The notes below the pieces were generated by a model. That model made no database searches. It was not told the origin of the DNA and was given only the letters and a program-made list of their open reading frames with translations. From Candidatus Omnitrophota bacterium (GTDB taxonomy: Bacteria > Omnitrophota > Gorgyraeia > Gygaellales > Profunditerraquicolaceae), in assembly GCA_028717885.1 (NCBI GenBank), contig JAQUMX010000004.1, positions 2,145 to 66,144 on the forward strand: 64,000 bases of DNA, written 5' to 3'. The translations under genes were made by a program, and so were the position numbers. Below, in pieces: positions 60,498 to 64,000 of the stretch. How positions within the stretch are numbered: the stretch's first letter is position 1; the number at the start of each line of letters is the position of its first letter.

Positions 60498-61640
60498 CTA
60501 GGCTACCCGCTTATGGAATCTCTTCATTGCCAGGCCCAGCATTAAAATAGCAAAAATAAATAAAAATACCGCTTCGTCCCAGAGAACACGTATTCCTCCG
60601 CCTTTTAAAAACAATTCTCTTAATACCACGATATAATAGCGCGCCGGAATAAAATAAGTAATCGCCTGGACAAATTTAGGCATATTAAAAATCGGATAAA
60701 TAAACCCCGAAAGCAGCAATGTCGGCAGCATAGTGGTCAAAGCTGCCATTTGGCTGGCCATTAATTGCGAACGGGCAACTACGGAAATATATATTCCCTG
60801 GGAAAGCGCTCCGGTTAAGAAAAAAGCGCTTAAGATAAACAACAAAATATAGCTGCCACGGAACGGGACATTAAACAAAAACCTTGCCATGATCAATCCA
60901 ATGCTTAAATCAAAAAAACCAATGGCAAAATAGGGGATAAACTTTCCGATGATCAGTTCCGGGCCTTTTACCGGAGTAGAGATCAGTTGTTCCATAGTGC
61001 CCCTCTCCCATTCGCGGGCAATGCAAATTGAGGTGAGCAATGCCGCAATAATCATCAGGATCATTGCCATGACTCCCGGGACGATAAACCAGGTGCTGGT
61101 TAACCCCATATTAAACCAAATTCTCGGCCGCGCGTCGAAAGACGGCAGCGGAGCTTTACCTGCCTGTTTTAAAGCCGAAGCCACAAGATTAATATTATAT
61201 GAGCCGACTACCGAACGCACATAACCCATAGCAATCATCGCTGTATTAGCGTCACTGCCGTCTACGATCAGTTGCAGGGGCGCTGTTTTCCCTGATTCTA
61301 AAAAATGGGAAAAATCTTTTGGTATAATCAACGCCAACATCACATCGCCTTTATCTATTGCATGCGTGATCTCGCGGTAATTATCGGTGTAGCCGACGAT
61401 TTTGAAATATTTCGAATTGCTGAAATTAAGCAGGAAATTCTGGGAAAGCTGCGATGAAGCATCCTGGTTCCAAACCAGGGTACGCACATGATCGATATCC
61501 AAGGAAAGCCCGTAACCGAAAATCAATAAAAGAAAAACCGGGATGCCTAAGGCTAGCCCGAGGCTGCGCGGGTCGCGCCTGATCTGGACGAATTCCTTCC
61601 AGGCAATTGCCTTAATTCTTTTTAGGATTTGCGCGGTCAT
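60498..61640 (-). CDS. ABC-2 family permease (YbhS/YbhR-like)
   Basis: 380 aa, paralogous to the preceding permease. Confidence 0.8.
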   Translation of the reverse strand: MTAQILKRIKAIAWKEFVQIRRDPRSLGLALGIPVFLLLIFGYGLSLDIDHVRTLVWNQDASSQLSQNFLLNFSNSKYFKIVGYTDNYREITHAIDKGDVMLALIIPKDFSHFLESGKTAPLQLIVDGSDANTAMIAMGYVRSVVGSYNINLVASALKQAGKAPLPSFDARPRIWFNMGLTSTWFIVPGVMAMILMIIAALLTSICIAREWERGTMEQLISTPVKGPELIIGKFIPYFAIGFFDLSIGLIMARFLFNVPFRGSYILLFILSAFFLTGALSQGIYISVVARSQLMASQMAALTTMLPTLLLSGFIYPIFNMPKFVQAITYFIPARYYIVVLRELFLKGGGIRVLWDEAVFLFIFAILMLGLAMKRFHKRVA

Positions 61641-62568
61641 ATTCTTCTATGGAACAGACAAACACGTCTTCCAGCGAAGGAAGAATTTTATTGATGTTAA
61701 ACCCCGTAACTTTATTCTGCTCTAAGAATGCTTTAACCGCTGCAATAGCTTTTACGGTATCGAAAGTTACGGCGTGGATATTCGAGCCGAAGAGCGCTGC
61801 TTCCTTGATTCCTTCTAACTTGCTGATTGCTTCCAGCCAGTTTTGCGAATCCGGCAGGGTAATCTCCAAAACATCGTTTTTCATGCAGGTAGTCTTCATT
61901 TCAGATGGTGTGCCTTTTGCAATGATCGTGCCGTGATAAATCAACACCATACGGTTACAATTTTCCGCCTCGTCCATATAATGAGTAGTCACAAAAATAG
62001 TTACCCCTTGAGATGATAACTGTTTGATGATCGCCCAGAAATTCCGGCGCGTTAAAGGGTCCACTCCGGAAGTCGGCTCATCAAGAAAAATAATATTCGG
62101 CTTATGGATTAAAGCGCACCCTAAAGCCAGGCGCTGCTTCCATCCTCCGGCAAGGGTTGCGGTAAGCCGCGACTCCATCCCTTCTAATCCGGCAGTATGG
62201 ATAATATCGTTAAAACGCTCTTTTTTTTCTTTTTTGGGGATCTTGTATATGCCACTATAGAAGTTAATATTTTCTTCGATGCTCAAATCATTATAAAGCG
62301 AAAATTTCTGCGACATGTATCCGATATGTTCCTTAATCTTATACTGTTCTTTAATAATATCGAACCCGCCTACAGTGCCTTTTCCGGAAGTAGGAGGAAT
62401 AATCCCGCAGAGCATTCTGATGGTAGTAGATTTTCCCGCGCCATTCGGCCCTAAGAACCCAAAGATTTCTCCTTTTTTCACATCAAAATCAATGTGATTG
62501 ACTGCGGTAAAATCTCCGAATTTTTTTTCCAAGCCCCGGACACTGACCGCTAATTCGCTATTATCCAT
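61612..62568 (-). CDS. ABC transporter ATP-binding protein
   Basis: 318 aa. GPNGAGKST, LAGGWKQRL, IIFLDEPTSG. Confidence 0.9.
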   Translation of the reverse strand: MDNSELAVSVRGLEKKFGDFTAVNHIDFDVKKGEIFGFLGPNGAGKSTTIRMLCGIIPPTSGKGTVGGFDIIKEQYKIKEHIGYMSQKFSLYNDLSIEENINFYSGIYKIPKKEKKERFNDIIHTAGLEGMESRLTATLAGGWKQRLALGCALIHKPNIIFLDEPTSGVDPLTRRNFWAIIKQLSSQGVTIFVTTHYMDEAENCNRMVLIYHGTIIAKGTPSEMKTTCMKNDVLEITLPDSQNWLEAISKLEGIKEAALFGSNIHAVTFDTVKAIAAVKAFLEQNKVTGFNINKILPSLEDVFVCSIEEYDRANPKKN

Positions 62569-63303
62569 TTAATTGGCTTTGTCTGTTTCTTTGATGATCT
62601 GAACGAATGCTTCTTCCAAGGTTTTTACGGAACATTCCTTTTTGATTGCTTCGGGAGTATCGCAGCGCAAGAGCCTGCCCTTATGCATTAGCCCCACCCT
62701 GCGGCAGCGCTCTGCTTCATCCAGATAACAGGTCGAGCAAAAAATCGTCACTTTTTCTTTTAAGAGGTCGTAAAGGATATTCCAGAAATCACGGCGGGAA
62801 ACCGGGTCTACGCCATTAGTGGGCTCATCAAGGAATAATACCCGGGGAGTATGGATTAAAGCGCAGGCCAGCCCTAATTTTTGTTTCATCCCTCCGGAAA
62901 GTTTCCCGGCAAAGCGCTCTTTAAAAGGAAGCAGCCCGGAAAACCCCAGTAAACGCTCGATAGCCTCCTGCCGCTTTTCTTTTCCTACTCCATAAACATC
63001 AGCGTAAAAATTTATATTCTCTAAAACGGTTAATTCTTCATACAGGCCGAAGCGCTGCGACATGTAAGCAATCAGCTCTTTAAGCTTTTCCGCTTCTTTA
63101 ACCGTGTGTTTTTCGTAAACCCAGGCCTCTCCCTGGGTGGGATTAAGGATACCGGTTAAAAGCCGCATAGTGGTAGTTTTTCCTGCGCCGTCAGGGCCGA
63201 CTAAACCAAAGATCTCCCCTTCTTCTACCTCCAGGCTTAGCCCATCCAGGGCAGTAAGGCTTCCGAATTTACGCGTCAACCCTTGCGTTTTTATGGTAAT
63301 CAT
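62569..63303 (-). CDS. ABC transporter ATP-binding protein
   Basis: 244 aa. GPDGAGKTT, LSGGMKQKL, VLFLDEPTNG. Confidence 0.9.
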   Translation of the reverse strand: MITIKTQGLTRKFGSLTALDGLSLEVEEGEIFGLVGPDGAGKTTTMRLLTGILNPTQGEAWVYEKHTVKEAEKLKELIAYMSQRFGLYEELTVLENINFYADVYGVGKEKRQEAIERLLGFSGLLPFKERFAGKLSGGMKQKLGLACALIHTPRVLFLDEPTNGVDPVSRRDFWNILYDLLKEKVTIFCSTCYLDEAERCRRVGLMHKGRLLRCDTPEAIKKECSVKTLEEAFVQIIKETDKAN

Positions 63304-64000
63304 TTATTTTAAGATAATGTAAGCATCTGCCGGCATGCCGGGTTTTAATTCAAGGCTGGAATTATCTACTCTTACTTTGACACGGTAAACATATTTCACG
63401 CGCTCTTCGGTAGTCTGGATATATTTCGGGGTAAATTCTGCCTGGTCGGAAAGAAAGGAAACCCAGCCGTCATATTTTTTTCCTTTATAACTGTCGGTCT
63501 CTACGTATGCCTTTTGCCCAAGTTTTACTTTTCCTAAATCGGTTTCATTCACATAGGCAGTAACCCAGATATTATTCAGGTCTATGGCAGTAAAAACCGG
63601 CGCGCCGGATTGCACTACTTCGCCAGGCAAAGCGCTTTTCACTAAAACATAACCATTAAGCGGAGAAGCGAGGTCAGTCCAGCCTAACTTGGTATTTGCC
63701 AACTCTAAGGAAGCCCTGAGCTGGTCGATATTGGCTTTATCGGTTTCGGCTTTGGTTTTCGCTGCATCCCTCTGCTGCACGGAGATCGCTCCGGCTTTAA
63801 GCAGGTTTTCCGCACGCTGATAATCATCGTAATCCAGTTTATACTGGTATTGCGCTAATTTTAAAGCTGCGTCTGCCTGCGCCTGGATTTTGCTTAGCTC
63901 ATCCTTATTCAGCCGCGCGACAATATCGTCTTTCTTGATCACCATGCCTTCATCGGTCAAAAGGTCAGTGATCTGCCCGTCCACGCGGAAAGAGATCCGT
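63304..64000 (-). CDS. HlyD-family membrane-fusion protein, C-terminal part (the 5' end lies beyond the right window edge)
   Basis: The frame stays open upstream of the GTG used by the ORF track (..RISFRVDGQITDLLTDEGMVIKKDDIVARL..). Lipoyl-like, coiled-coil and beta-barrel regions are typical of HlyD/YbhG. Confidence 0.85.
   Translation of the reverse strand, partial: RISFRVDGQITDLLTDEGMVIKKDDIVARLNKDELSKIQAQADAALKLAQYQYKLDYDDYQRAENLLKAGAISVQQRDAAKTKAETDKANIDQLRASLELANTKLGWTDLASPLNGYVLVKSALPGEVVQSGAPVFTAIDLNNIWVTAYVNETDLGKVKLGQKAYVETDSYKGKKYDGWVSFLSDQAEFTPKYIQTTEERVKYVYRVKVRVDNSSLELKPGMPADAYIILK

Noticed and set aside
1-64000. Mobile elements, integrases, tRNA/rRNA genes, CRISPR-Cas, toxin-antitoxin or known defence systems
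   Set aside because: I looked for them in all intergenic gaps and among the unassigned ORFs and recognised none. The intergenic gaps are all under 290 nt, and the only structured one is the riboswitch leader.

Overview
This 64-kb window comes from a diderm (Gram-negative-type) bacterium. The lineage cannot be fixed from sequence alone. The gene content is reminiscent of uncultivated PVC/FCB-type or Omnitrophota-like genomes, but that is only an impression. Coding density is very high, and every gene except one is on the minus strand. (i) 1-10216 is a giant ORF missing from the supplied ORF track because it runs off the window. It has at least 3,405 codons encoding a signal peptide, Ig-like domains, about 7 beta-propeller-like blades, an IPT/TIG domain and at least 27 FN3 modules. 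(ii) Its 287-nt leader (10217-10503) carries a sigma70-like promoter, a c-di-GMP-I (GEMM-I) riboswitch aptamer and an intrinsic terminator. (iii) 10504-18245 is a tightly packed T2SS/T4P-like operon (gspE-F-G-H-I-J-K plus PilM/N-type and PilO-type genes) with no secretin in the window. (iv) 18288-25884 holds envelope and miscellaneous genes: HtpX, a DUF1573 lipoprotein, a DsbD/CcdA-like protein, a HAMP-GGDEF-like protein with a GGDDF signature (the only + strand gene), a TPR protein, a small membrane protein, an acidic disordered secreted protein, and a geranylgeranyl-reductase-family flavoprotein. (v) 25901-54539 is a ~28-kb one-strand polysaccharide locus. It contains a PilZ-OMP-Wza-like export operon, an initiating sugar transferase, GT2/GT4 glycosyltransferases, an acetyltransferase, methyltransferases, a nucleotide-sugar dehydrogenase and an epimerase/dehydratase. 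It also contains a mosaic array of six paralogous GT2 genes with perfectly identical 330-bp and 341-bp blocks, radical SAM and FkbM genes, a Wzm/Wzt ABC exporter, O-antigen-ligase/Wzy-like proteins, a TPR protein and a Wzc-type tyrosine autokinase. (vi) 54551-64000 holds a PtsN-like EIIA, a PagL-like outer-membrane deacylase, a UvrD/PcrA helicase, a HAMP-HD-GYP phosphodiesterase, and a YbhGFSR-like operon (HlyD, 2 ATPases, 2 ABC-2 permeases) whose HlyD gene runs off the right edge. I recognised no rRNA, tRNA, CRISPR, transposase or integrase. Two things stand out. The first is a c-di-GMP-centred adhesion/matrix island: a riboswitch-controlled giant surface protein sits next to a T2SS-like machine whose ATPase has an MshEN-type N-terminus, alongside a PilZ-headed export operon and GGDEF-like and HD-GYP enzymes. 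The second is the recombining GT2 array.
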